Virus record (IMG/VR): IMGVR_UViG_3300033067_001582
Location: 1-57,604 of that record
Direction: 5' to 3' (one strand)
Source: a virus
Lineage: Duplodnaviria; Caudoviricetes
Length of the DNA stretch: 57,604 nt
The notes under the pieces are model-generated. The model was not told where the DNA came from. It made no database searches and saw only the letters and a list, made by a program, of their open reading frames with translations. The position numbers and the translations under genes are program-made. Below are positions 47,810 to 57,602 of this stretch, piece by piece (the first letter of the stretch is position 1; the number at the start of each line of letters is the position of its first letter).

Positions 47810-48616
47810 ATGTCAGAATCCGGTTTAAGTCTGACGCGGAACAACCTGAGGAACGAGGTCGGCTTTTTTCTTGGGTTCGGCCTGGATTACTCGTCCTACT
47901 CCGCCGACCAGCTCTCGGTCTGCGATAAGTGCATCGACATCGGCCTTCGGCAGTGGTACACGCCTCCGCCTATCCCCGGCGAAAAGATGTCGCACCAGTG
48001 GTCGTACTTGACCCCCGTTCGCAAGTTGTCGCTTGTCGAAGGCGTCATCGACTACGACTTGGACGACTCGTTCGCCGGATTGGTGAACGGCGTGTTTCTG
48101 TCTAGTGACGATCTCAATTGGTCAAACATCGAAGTGACCAACATTGCCCGCATCCTTGCGATGCGCCAGCGAGATACGTCAACGAACATAGGCAAGCCCG
48201 AAATGTGCGCCGTCAACGTGATCGAGACGGACGGCTCCACTCCAACCCGATATTCGCTTGCGATATTTCCGACTCCATCGCAGTCGTATTCGTTGACGTT
48301 CGAGATGCGAGTGAACCCGTACCAGCTCTCGGCAACCGCGCAATATCCACTCGGCGGACAGCCACATGCGGAGGGTTTGCGGGAATCATGCTTGGCCGCC
48401 GCCGAGATGAACGTGAACGACGAGAAGGGGCTTCATTACTCGCAGTTTATTGAAAGACTTACGGCATCGGTGCTATACGACCGCAAAGCAATGGGGCCGA
48501 AGTCCTACGGCTACAACGGCGACCGCTCGGCATCGTACATGGGCGCGAATTCGCGCAACTATCCGTACTACGGCGCGGCGATTTACACGACTTACAACGG
48601 CGCGATTCCAGGCTAG
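47810..48616 (+). CDS. Head-tail adaptor-like protein
   Basis: W-S-Y-L...YDLDDSF...AIFPTPSQSY pattern of podovirus adaptors. Confidence 0.6.
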   Translation: MSESGLSLTRNNLRNEVGFFLGFGLDYSSYSADQLSVCDKCIDIGLRQWYTPPPIPGEKMSHQWSYLTPVRKLSLVEGVIDYDLDDSFAGLVNGVFLSSDDLNWSNIEVTNIARILAMRQRDTSTNIGKPEMCAVNVIETDGSTPTRYSLAIFPTPSQSYSLTFEMRVNPYQLSATAQYPLGGQPHAEGLRESCLAAAEMNVNDEKGLHYSQFIERLTASVLYDRKAMGPKSYGYNGDRSASYMGANSRNYPYYGAAIYTTYNGAIPG

Positions 48617-48627
48617 AGGGAAGAAGA

Positions 48628-48993
48628 ATGTCCATTGACGTACTGCCGCCGGACGGCGGAATCGTAGTAGTTCCTGGCGGCGGGATGCTGATTGCCGGCG
48701 GGCTTGCGGTTCCTGCCGATGGCAGTCGCGGGTTCGCTTCGGCTTGCATCTTCCACCACATCGACGGCTCTGCCGGCACGATGCTGTATCTGAACGAAGG
48801 CACGGTCAATTCGTGTGCGTTCAAGCGTGTCGTTACGGCCGCGCGGTTCTCGGCGATTACCGTTCAGGAAGCGTTTGTCGGCACAAGCAATTACGCAGGT
48901 TCCGACACGGTGAACGCTTCGGCGATCTACGCAGATGTAGTAAACCTTTACAACAAGGTTGATTCCATCGTTACCGCTCTCCGCGCTTCTTAA
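48628..48993 (+). CDS. Virion protein, paralog of the next gene
   Basis: Shares PxDGSxGx...YLNEG...FK with 49056-49913. Confidence 0.7.
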   Translation: MSIDVLPPDGGIVVVPGGGMLIAGGLAVPADGSRGFASACIFHHIDGSAGTMLYLNEGTVNSCAFKRVVTAARFSAITVQEAFVGTSNYAGSDTVNASAIYADVVNLYNKVDSIVTALRAS

Positions 48994-49055
48994 CGCCCGC
49001 AACTATCGCTCTCCGCATATCACACACAGTCACAACTCAGCAGGAATAACGAACC

Positions 49056-49913
49056 ATGTCGAATGTGCATCGCGCTCACGACGGAACTGGCCGCCTCACC
49101 GAAGTCCCCGGCATTGGAGTGCTTGAGCAGTACGGCACGACTTTGCCGACTGACGGCTCTGCGGGCTACGCCCCCGGCTGCGTGTTCATCAAGACCAACG
49201 GCAGCGGTGGAACGCTTCGCTACCTAAACGAGGGCTCGGCGACGAGTTCTTCGTTCAAGGCAATGCCGTCCGCAGGCACGAGCGGCGCGGGCGTCGTCGG
49301 CATCCTCGACACGAGCGGGTTCACTGCGCAAACGACCGTCGAAGGTGCGCTCGCCGAAATCTACCAAGACGCGCTGTCCACCAAGGCATTCATCAACGTG
49401 CCGCTAGTCGGAGCGATTCTTGCCGCTGGCACTCCGATGGCGGCCTGGGCCGACAACGCCGGCGCTTCTGCTCCCGGCATCACGCTCGCCAACAGCAAGG
49501 CGGTCGGACTTCGCTGGAACAATCAAGGCACGCAGACGGCGGTGTGGCTGAACCCGATTGCGATTCCTGCTGACTTCGACATCACCGCAAATGCAGTCGT
49601 GAATGTTCTTGCATCCAAAACGGGTGCCACCAGTGGCGACGCCACGACATTTACGATCACAGCGTTCAATAACACGTCCGGCGCACTGCACGACGCCGAC
49701 TCGGATTTTGGTGGTGCAACTAGCGCCATGACCGGCGCGGCCACCGCCAAGACGATTCAGAAAGTCACGCTCACTCTCGCGCTCGCTGACTTGGCTGCAA
49801 ATCCGAATGCGATTTCCATGAGCATCAAGCCGACTGATGGCACGCTCGGAACCGATGACGTGATCGTGCATGCCGTTTACATCGAATACAAGCGCAAGGC
49901 TCGTACGAGTTAG
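49056..49913 (+). CDS. Virion fibre or spike-like protein
   Basis: TVEGALAEI fibre motif; A/T/G-rich. Confidence 0.6.
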   Translation: MSNVHRAHDGTGRLTEVPGIGVLEQYGTTLPTDGSAGYAPGCVFIKTNGSGGTLRYLNEGSATSSSFKAMPSAGTSGAGVVGILDTSGFTAQTTVEGALAEIYQDALSTKAFINVPLVGAILAAGTPMAAWADNAGASAPGITLANSKAVGLRWNNQGTQTAVWLNPIAIPADFDITANAVVNVLASKTGATSGDATTFTITAFNNTSGALHDADSDFGGATSAMTGAATAKTIQKVTLTLALADLAANPNAISMSIKPTDGTLGTDDVIVHAVYIEYKRKARTS

Positions 49914-49957
49914 TGCCGGTTTGACATCTGAATAATCACGACCACGAGTAAATATCA

Positions 49958-50278
49958 ATGGGTAAGCCAGCAACACACGCCCCATCGAGCAACACCGCAG
50001 CGGTCATTACCGTCGCTGCGGTGCCAGGCGTGAAGCACGAACTGGAAATGTTGTCGTGGTCGTATGACGCCGACCCGACTGCGGGCGGCATCACGATCGA
50101 GTGCCCGAGCGGCACCACGATTCATTCGTTCGCAATCAGTAACAAAGGTCCAGGCTTCATCCCGTTCTCCGGCTCCTGTATGAAGATGCCTACCGCCAAT
50201 GCCGCAATGATTATCACGCTCGCCGCCGGCGGCAGCGGCGTCACAGGCAAGGTGAATTGCGTCACCCGCGACTCCTAA
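49958..50278 (+). CDS. Putative virion protein
   Basis: Beta-rich ORF in the structural operon. Confidence 0.65.
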   Translation: MGKPATHAPSSNTAAVITVAAVPGVKHELEMLSWSYDADPTAGGITIECPSGTTIHSFAISNKGPGFIPFSGSCMKMPTANAAMIITLAAGGSGVTGKVNCVTRDS

Positions 50279-50293
50279 CGAGAGAGGTCACAG

Positions 50294-51025
50294 GTGGCTG
50301 GATTGAGCGGACTTAGTGGGCTCAGTGGATTGAGTGGCGTGGCAGGCGGTGCTGCGTCGCCACTGCTAACCAATCTCGTCGCCTATTGGAAACTAGAAAA
50401 CGTCAACGACTCGCACACGAACGGTCTGACGCTTACGAACAATAACAGCGCGACGTTCGCCAGTGGCAAGGTGAACAATGCAGGGACGTTCGTAGAAGCC
50501 AGTTCCCAATACCTGAGTCGCGCAAGCTCGGCAGCGATCGAATTTGGTGAAGCCGATTTTACATTGTCCTTCTGGGCCAAGCCGACGAACCTTAGCGCAG
50601 TTCGGAATCCCGTGGCAAAGTGGGATAGTTCGGCGCGAAATGATTGGCACGTTCAATTCAATACCGATGGCAGTGTGTTATTTTCGATGTTTGGCGATGC
50701 TGGTGCAACTGCCCGCAACAACACAACTGCGGCAGGCACGGCGACGGCAGGAACTTGGATATTCGTTGTTTGCGACTATCAAACGTCGTCGAAGAAATCA
50801 GGCATTTCAATTAACGGCGGTTCAATCGCACAGTCCACGGCTGCAACGTGGTCGAGTCGCGCTGGAACAACGGCTGCATTGCAAATCGGTGCGATGACAT
50901 TGGCTGGACGGTATTGGGGCGGGCAGGTTGACGAAGTTGCATTGTGGAGCCGGCGCCTCACGGCTGGCGAAATCACACAACTCTACAATAGCGGCAACGG
51001 AGTAACGTACCCGACGTTCGCATAA
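50294..51025 (+). CDS. LamG/concanavalin-like domain protein
   Basis: LVAYWKLE, FTLSFWAK, GQVDEVALWSRRLTAGEITQLYNSGNG; N-terminal (GLS)4. Confidence 0.88.
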   Translation: MAGLSGLSGLSGLSGVAGGAASPLLTNLVAYWKLENVNDSHTNGLTLTNNNSATFASGKVNNAGTFVEASSQYLSRASSAAIEFGEADFTLSFWAKPTNLSAVRNPVAKWDSSARNDWHVQFNTDGSVLFSMFGDAGATARNNTTAAGTATAGTWIFVVCDYQTSSKKSGISINGGSIAQSTAATWSSRAGTTAALQIGAMTLAGRYWGGQVDEVALWSRRLTAGEITQLYNSGNGVTYPTFA

Positions 51026-51423
51026 TGCCAACACTCAAAGAAACAACCGACGAAATCGACGCTCGTGTATCGCAACTCGTGCCGTGGATTGCTGCGCAGC
51101 AGGACGCATATAAGGCGAGTCACGGCAAGCATGCGCAGCTTGGTTGGTCGCACTCGCAAGACCCGGCTGACGGTGCGATTTTACAACCAGACTTGCTCGA
51201 TGAACTGCTTCCCGGCAAGTCGCAAACGTGGATTGACTTCGGCTATCCGGTGCAAGAACCTCGCTGCAATGCGTGCATCGACGAATATGTTGCTCCGAAC
51301 GGTGCCGGATGGGTGCTGAGCTTGTCGCTGAAATACGGCGGCGTGCAGTATCGCAAGAGTGTCGGTGTCGGGCCTGAGAATCGTAACAGTGAATGGGCGG
51401 CAGTTGTGCCTGTCGGAGTCTAG
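51025..51423 (+). CDS. Hypothetical protein
   Basis: Coupled ORF. Confidence 0.7.
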   Translation: MPTLKETTDEIDARVSQLVPWIAAQQDAYKASHGKHAQLGWSHSQDPADGAILQPDLLDELLPGKSQTWIDFGYPVQEPRCNACIDEYVAPNGAGWVLSLSLKYGGVQYRKSVGVGPENRNSEWAAVVPVGV

Positions 51424-51435
51424 CGGAGTGAATCT

Positions 51436-54039
51436 TTGGCTCGCAAAGTCAGCAAACCCGTCCGCTTCCCATTCAAGGGACTCGCGCGCAACCTCTCGTT
51501 TCAGCAGCACTCCGAGCAGGGCTACACCTGCTACGACGCGGAGAACGTGCGCCCCGACTCCACTCTCTCCGGTCGCACGCGCGGCGGCGTCCGCCCCGGC
51601 CTAGTCCGCACTCACAAGGCTCCGTCCGCCAATCGCGTCCGCCTGCTCGAATACGTCAACGCCAAGACGGGCGACGAGAAGTTCACGTTCTGGCAGGACA
51701 CGTTCAACTACTCGGCGATGTCGAGTGCGACGTGGGCTGTGCTTAGCGGACTGACTTCCGCATTGCCGAGCATCACGAACGGATACGCTTACGGCAGCAA
51801 GGGCGACGCGACTGAGCAGAAGTCGGCGATTCTCACGGCCGCCACGCTTCCGAACTTCGACTCCGTGAACGCCAGCGGTTATCGCGTCGGCATCTACATC
51901 ACGCCGTACAGCAACGCCCATCACGGCGTTTATTCACTGTTCTTGCGGCTCGACGACTCATCGCCTGCACTCTCGGATTCGATTGAGTGCCAACTGACAA
52001 TCACCGGCGCTGGCACGCTGTCGTACGACATTCGGAAGAACAACGCCTCGCTCACAACCGGCACGCCGACCGCCGAGACAATCGCGACCGAGGGCTGGTT
52101 CGAGGCGCACTTAACCAAGGGCGTAACAAACGACACGATCACGCTCTACTGGCGCGGCTCGCAAATCGCAACCACGTCGAGCAGCACCGGCACGGCAACC
52201 GCACACGCTCGCGTCGGGTTCGGCTGCAAGGCTACGACGACCGGCGGGCAGGTGCAGGTGCAGCGGTTCCGCATCGAATACTACAAGACGACGGCGGTAG
52301 AACTTCTTCGCCCGCGCCTCATCTCGTCCGTCAACGGCACGCTCTACCGCGAGAACCCGTGGTGGGGGCACTGGTCTGCGACATCCGCAACGCGCACGCT
52401 CGCATCCGACCGGCAACTGCAAGGCGCTGATCGTGGTCAGAAATTGTATATCGCCGATTGCAGCGAGTCGATTGCGAGCGGAACTGACGGAGTGTTCACC
52501 AGCAATAGCTCGTTCGACTCCGCAACATACACGGACTGGACGACGATCTTGGAGGGTTCGACCGGACGCTCCAAGGACGATTACGTTCTCGTAGTTACGA
52601 CATCCGGCATTTGCGCCGGGATATACCCGATCACGACCGTCGCTTCCGGCAGTCTCACGATCAGCGGGTACGCCGCCAACGGTTCGTCACTCTCGTTCCG
52701 CATCGAACGCGCCCCGAAAATCTACGACCCCAAGACTGACACGCTCACGGTTTGGGCCGCTGAAGAATACACGACGAACACAATCACAATCGCAAGTGGA
52801 ATTGTAACCGGCGCAACAACCGTGTTCCCGACATGGGTTGCCGGTCGCACGCTCGAAACCAACGGCACGACGTACATCATCGCATCCCGCGACTCCGACA
52901 CGCAGCTCACGCTGACCGACCTGACCGTGACGGTCGGCGCGGGAACAAAGTACCGCATCGGCAAGGGTCGCATGCCAGCCGGTTGCACGATGGTATCGCG
53001 CTACCGCGACCGTCTCGTACTCGCCGGCGACCCGCTCGACCCGAATGAATATTACATGACGGCGATGGGCGACCCGAATGACATGGACTTCACGCAGAAC
53101 AACACCGGGGCGGCGGTGAAGGGCGCAAACTCGGATGCCGGGCGAGTCGGCGACCCGGTGACGGCGCTGATGTCGTACAACGACGACCACATGTTCTTCG
53201 GCTGTCGCGGCTCGCTGTGGGTGATGCGCGGCGACCCGACCGGCGGCGGGCGCGTCGATCTCGTGAGCAGCAACATCGGCGTGCTGTCACCGACTTCGTG
53301 GACGAACGGGCCTAAGGGCGAGTGTCTGTGGCTTAGCCGCGACGGCATCTATAAAACGAATCCGACGTGCTTGACGTGCGAGCCGGTGAGCGTCAGTCGC
53401 GACGTGCTGCCGCGTGAACTGATCGACCTGAACCCCGACTTATGCACCATCTCGTCGGCGTACGAAGTGCGCGATCGCGGCTACATCATCGGCATCACGC
53501 CGAAGGACGTTGCGGCGGGTACGCGGCACTGGTTCTTGGACGACGAGACGGGCGGCTTCTTCCCGACGACTTACGCCTCGACCGACTACTACCCGACCTG
53601 CATGAAGTACGTCCCGATGCCGGAAGCGGAGGACTCGTGCGTGCTGATGGGGTGCGTGGACGGTGCGACGCGGCGGTTCTCGTGGACGGCGGGGAACGAC
53701 GATCAGCAGACGCTGAGCAGCTATGTCGTGATTGGCCCGATGGGGCTTGGAGATAACGACTTCAACAATGGACAGGTCGAGCAGGTTACAGTGGATATGG
53801 CGGAAGCGAGCGGCAACGTGACGTGGAGCGTGTGGACTGCGGGCACGCCGGAACTCGCCGCAACCGGCACGCCGGTAAACCCGGCAACCGGCACGTTCAC
53901 AAACGGCGGGCAGAAGGTGATCTATCCGATGCGGAGCGGGCGGGCGTGGGTGTTCAAACTGACGGGCACGACCGGCTATCGGTGGGCGGTTGATTCGATG
54001 ATGGCGGCGATGCGGTATCTCGGCAAGGCGAAGTTCTAG
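51436..54039 (+). CDS. Tail nozzle / stabilization protein (P22 gp10 or tubular-B-like beta-propeller)
   Basis: PFKGL...DAENVRP N-terminus, YRDRLVLAG, IGVLSPTSW, WLSRDGIY. Confidence 0.65.
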   Translation: MARKVSKPVRFPFKGLARNLSFQQHSEQGYTCYDAENVRPDSTLSGRTRGGVRPGLVRTHKAPSANRVRLLEYVNAKTGDEKFTFWQDTFNYSAMSSATWAVLSGLTSALPSITNGYAYGSKGDATEQKSAILTAATLPNFDSVNASGYRVGIYITPYSNAHHGVYSLFLRLDDSSPALSDSIECQLTITGAGTLSYDIRKNNASLTTGTPTAETIATEGWFEAHLTKGVTNDTITLYWRGSQIATTSSSTGTATAHARVGFGCKATTTGGQVQVQRFRIEYYKTTAVELLRPRLISSVNGTLYRENPWWGHWSATSATRTLASDRQLQGADRGQKLYIADCSESIASGTDGVFTSNSSFDSATYTDWTTILEGSTGRSKDDYVLVVTTSGICAGIYPITTVASGSLTISGYAANGSSLSFRIERAPKIYDPKTDTLTVWAAEEYTTNTITIASGIVTGATTVFPTWVAGRTLETNGTTYIIASRDSDTQLTLTDLTVTVGAGTKYRIGKGRMPAGCTMVSRYRDRLVLAGDPLDPNEYYMTAMGDPNDMDFTQNNTGAAVKGANSDAGRVGDPVTALMSYNDDHMFFGCRGSLWVMRGDPTGGGRVDLVSSNIGVLSPTSWTNGPKGECLWLSRDGIYKTNPTCLTCEPVSVSRDVLPRELIDLNPDLCTISSAYEVRDRGYIIGITPKDVAAGTRHWFLDDETGGFFPTTYASTDYYPTCMKYVPMPEAEDSCVLMGCVDGATRRFSWTAGNDDQQTLSSYVVIGPMGLGDNDFNNGQVEQVTVDMAEASGNVTWSVWTAGTPELAATGTPVNPATGTFTNGGQKVIYPMRSGRAWVFKLTGTTGYRWAVDSMMAAMRYLGKAKF

Positions 54040-54070
54040 TCGAAACGCCAGCAAGAAAGTGGTGCGGTGA

Positions 54071-54499
54071 ATGTCAACGGGTCGCGACTTAACGAGTGTG
54101 CATGTCGAGGGCTGCGTACCTACGCCGCTACGTCGAACTCTCGATCAATTGAGGCGCAATGCCGAAATCATGTTACCGCTTACAAGCGGGGTGCAAAGTC
54201 CTGACCTCAACATCAACATCTCGAATCTGTACGCCGACGACAACAGCACATGGCCGGAGTCGGTTGTTGCGTCTGTCGGCGGTCCTGGGTATGCGGGAAC
54301 GCTTAACGCCGATCTGCCAAGGGATGCTGGAACACCAACCATCACAATGACGACAGTGGATGGCCGAGTTATTCCCGTCAGCGGATACCTAGTGAAGTCG
54401 GGATACAAGATCACAAGCGGGCAGCGCGTGTTCGCGGCAATGGGCAAGAACAAGGTCTGGTACGTCCTGGCTACGGACGACTGTTTGGTGGTCGCATGA
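54071..54499 (+). CDS. Putative tail protein
   Basis: Position in the operon; WYVLATD C-terminus. Confidence 0.6.
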   Translation: MSTGRDLTSVHVEGCVPTPLRRTLDQLRRNAEIMLPLTSGVQSPDLNINISNLYADDNSTWPESVVASVGGPGYAGTLNADLPRDAGTPTITMTTVDGRVIPVSGYLVKSGYKITSGQRVFAAMGKNKVWYVLATDDCLVVA

Positions 54500-55104
54500 C
54501 GGTCATGCTCGGTCAGAACTGCGGAACTCCATGCGACCCCTGCTGTGCGTGCGGTGCGTTTTGCAGCAACGCGTATTGCGGTCGCGACTTGGAGTTCAAC
54601 GTCACGCTATCCGGTGGCAGCGACGCCGACCCGATGGTGTGTTCGATCTGCGATACGCTGACCGGGGCGATGGGAACCGATTCGAGCGGGCATGGCTCGT
54701 ACGACGCAGCAACGTGGAACTCGACCTACAAGCCGTCGTGGGCCAGCCAGAGCGCGAAATCGGGGACGACGGTTTGCCAATGGACGAGCGGCGACTCATT
54801 TGGCATCACATGCGGAGTGACCCCGACGCTTAGCGACCTGAAGGTGTTCGTGTATTACGGAGCAGACGACAAGTGGTATCTGATGGTGCAAGTGACGTAC
54901 GAAGAAGCTCCTGGGCCAAGCTACTCCGCAGACCTCGGCGGCGACCAGATGTTTTCAGGTAGCGGCGCGGCGATGGACTGCGGCTCGGTAGGAGAAGGGT
55001 CGCCGACGTTCTCGCTCACGGTGTCGCTGAATAGATACAACGAATCGGGCGCGGCGGCGTGCTACCCGCCCGTCACCGCGCTCGTCGAGGGAAACCCGCA
55101 ATGA
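54496..55104 (+). CDS. Cys-rich putative tail protein
   Basis: CGTPCDPCCACGAFCSNAYC. Confidence 0.65.
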   Translation: MTVMLGQNCGTPCDPCCACGAFCSNAYCGRDLEFNVTLSGGSDADPMVCSICDTLTGAMGTDSSGHGSYDAATWNSTYKPSWASQSAKSGTTVCQWTSGDSFGITCGVTPTLSDLKVFVYYGADDKWYLMVQVTYEEAPGPSYSADLGGDQMFSGSGAAMDCGSVGEGSPTFSLTVSLNRYNESGAAACYPPVTALVEGNPQ

Positions 55105-55451
55105 GTTGGGAGCGAACGGGCGAAACGCTCGACGACGGCAGGCCGATCTGGACGTGCAAGAAGTGCGGGAAGAAGATTTGGGGGCATGTCGTCGGGACGC
55201 ATTCGTGCGACGGGACGAAGCCGGTGCAGCCGATCACGACGATTCTGCCGTGTCGGTTTCGCGGGGAGGCGTACGGCAGGATGAAGAAGCCGGGGTGCGA
55301 TTGCTGGGCGGTGGTCTTTTCGTGTGCGTGCGACGAGATTAAGAGCGGAGTGTGCGTGCTGGCTGCGGTCGAAGGCGACGCTTACGGCAAGATTCCAGGG
55401 GTTTGCGTGAGTTGCCCGCACAGGGCTGTGGCTGTTCCGACGGCGGATTAG
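55101..55451 (+). CDS. Cys-rich metal-binding protein
   Basis: CKKCG, PCRFRG, GCDC, CVSCPH. Confidence 0.7.
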   Translation: MSWERTGETLDDGRPIWTCKKCGKKIWGHVVGTHSCDGTKPVQPITTILPCRFRGEAYGRMKKPGCDCWAVVFSCACDEIKSGVCVLAAVEGDAYGKIPGVCVSCPHRAVAVPTAD

Positions 55452-55496
55452 TGCGTATTATTCGATTACTACCAGTCAATTTGTGAAGATATAGAC

Positions 55497-56591
55497 ATGG
55501 CAACTTTTCGCGCGAACGCTGCGGGTCAGTTCATCGACGATGGCGGCAACTCGCTCTATGACCCGTACCGCCAGAACGCCGGCGGGCAGTTCATCAATTC
55601 TGCCGGAATGAATCTTTACGGCGGCGGAGCAGCCTCGCCATACGGCACTAGCGGAAGCGCTGCTCAACGCTCAATGGCTTATGCCGCTAACAGTCCGGCT
55701 GCAAGTCCCGCAACGCTCGCACAGCAACTCCGTGAGCAATACAAACAGCAGATGGAAGCCGCCAACGCGGCGAACGAATCACGTTACAGCGAGGCTTTGG
55801 GCCTCAACGCCGACCTTCGCCTGCGCCAACTCGGCGGCATCGACCCGGTGACTGGCGCGAAGAAGACGGGGGTTTACGACACCTGGGGGAGCGACCAAAA
55901 GCTACAAATCCAGCAAGCCGCGCAGAACGCAGCGGGCGACATCAATCAGGCGGCGGTTGATCGCGGAATTTTCAACACGAGCAGTTCGCTCAACCGCCTC
56001 GCCTCCGCTGGCGCAGCCGCAGGCGTCGGCATCGCCGGTGTCGAGCAGGATAAACTGCGACTCAAGAACGCCGCCGACTCGCAACTCACCAACGACCGCA
56101 TCGGGCTAATCCAGTCGAAGGTCGACCAGCAGCCGGACCTGAATCAGTTGATTCAGTTGGAGCAGGGCGTCGGCAGCGGCGACACGACGGGGATGTACGG
56201 TGGCGGCGTGTATGGCGGCGGCGGGGTGGGTGGTGGCGGCGGATATGGAAATCCGTTTGTGAGTGCTGGCGACATGGGCTACTCGATGCCGGGTTCGTAC
56301 AACGTGTACGGCGGACAGCAAGCCAGCGCGTCGAGTCGTGGAAATGATATGCGGCAGTTGTCGTATCAGGCGCAGCAGATGGGCTTCGGCAGCGTGCAGC
56401 AGATGCAGGACTTCCAGAACCGTGAGCAGAAGCGGATGCAGGGATACCAGCAGACCGGCTTTAAGGGAACTCCGTATATGCTGCCGACTGCGAAGCCGAA
56501 TGTCAGTCCGCTAATGCCAGGAAATTACAACGTCGGACTGCCAAAGATGCCGCAGCGACCGACCAACTTCGGGCCATTGCGAAACCGCTAA
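55497..56591 (+). CDS. Putative ejection/internal virion protein
   Basis: Q/G/A-rich low complexity; follows the tail genes. Confidence 0.55.
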   Translation: MATFRANAAGQFIDDGGNSLYDPYRQNAGGQFINSAGMNLYGGGAASPYGTSGSAAQRSMAYAANSPAASPATLAQQLREQYKQQMEAANAANESRYSEALGLNADLRLRQLGGIDPVTGAKKTGVYDTWGSDQKLQIQQAAQNAAGDINQAAVDRGIFNTSSSLNRLASAGAAAGVGIAGVEQDKLRLKNAADSQLTNDRIGLIQSKVDQQPDLNQLIQLEQGVGSGDTTGMYGGGVYGGGGVGGGGGYGNPFVSAGDMGYSMPGSYNVYGGQQASASSRGNDMRQLSYQAQQMGFGSVQQMQDFQNREQKRMQGYQQTGFKGTPYMLPTAKPNVSPLMPGNYNVGLPKMPQRPTNFGPLRNR

Positions 56592-56603
56592 CGAGATACA
56601 GCC

Positions 56604-57224
56604 ATGTTCATTAGTCCGCAAGAAATGGGCTACAGCATGCCGAACGTCTACATGACGTATCCGCAGGCGCAGCCGCAACGCCAGTTGTCGCAGCAACAGC
56701 AGTCGAATGTCGCGTTGTCGCGAGAAGCGAGTCGTCGTGGATTCAAGAGTGTTGCCGAGATGCAGGCTGCTTCGCAGGGTGGTGCGAGCGGTGCGCAAGT
56801 CGTGAGTCAGAAGGATCGGCTCGATGCGGCGCGGAAGCAGTGGGCGGCGAAGGCTCAGGCGGAGGGAGAGAGGCGAGTGGCGATGCGAAAGTTTATTGCG
56901 TCAGCTCCATCGAGGGTTGCCAGTAATCTGAAAAGCGCCGCCAGCGCGTTCAATCCGTATGGACTGGGTGCGCAATACATTGCACAAGGCTTGATGGGGC
57001 AGAACCCGTACCCGACTGCGGACGTTCAGGTTGCCGTAGGCCCGAGTGGATACGCCGCAGGCGGGTATGAGTCGATTCCATGGACGGAACTAAACCCGTA
57101 CTTCAACGCGGCAGGACAAGCCGCATCGGACTTGGCGTCTTCGGTTGCCGGGCTGGCGGATTACGGACTTCCAGTTCCGAGGCCCGTTAATAGGCGGCCG
57201 GTGCAGGGCGGAAACTTTTTCTAA
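56604..57224 (+). CDS. Putative ejection/internal virion protein
   Basis: Q/A-rich; shares MGYSMP with the preceding gene. Confidence 0.5.
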   Translation: MFISPQEMGYSMPNVYMTYPQAQPQRQLSQQQQSNVALSREASRRGFKSVAEMQAASQGGASGAQVVSQKDRLDAARKQWAAKAQAEGERRVAMRKFIASAPSRVASNLKSAASAFNPYGLGAQYIAQGLMGQNPYPTADVQVAVGPSGYAAGGYESIPWTELNPYFNAAGQAASDLASSVAGLADYGLPVPRPVNRRPVQGGNFF

Positions 57225-57236
57225 GCAGGGCACTAA

Positions 57237-57602
57237 ATGGGCTTCGTACACCAATATTCAGTCGACCCGTCAACGCTCGGGAGCTATGCGTTTTCCGGCG
57301 CTGCGGCCAAGGCCACCAGGGAAAATCTGCAACGCGCCGCAGAGATGCGCCAGAATGCCGCGCAATTCAACGCACAACTCGGCCAGCATGCCATCGACCG
57401 CGCCGTCAATCAATACGACAGGCAGCAGGGTCGCGCCGCCGACATCTATCAACAGCAGATGCAGGCGGATAGCTACGCGCTGAAGAATCAGTACGACTTG
57501 CAAAAGGCGCAAGAGGCGAACGCCGCCGATCTTCAGATTGAGCAGATGCAACAGAATGCTGCGCGCGCCAATCAGTTCGAGAAAACAAAGCAAGAGTGGC
57601 TG
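57237..57602 (+). CDS. Q/A-rich protein, 3'-truncated by the window edge
   Basis: MGFVHQYSVDP... frame is open to the window end; not in the ORF track. Confidence 0.65.
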   Translation, partial: MGFVHQYSVDPSTLGSYAFSGAAAKATRENLQRAAEMRQNAAQFNAQLGQHAIDRAVNQYDRQQGRAADIYQQQMQADSYALKNQYDLQKAQEANAADLQIEQMQQNAARANQFEKTKQEWL

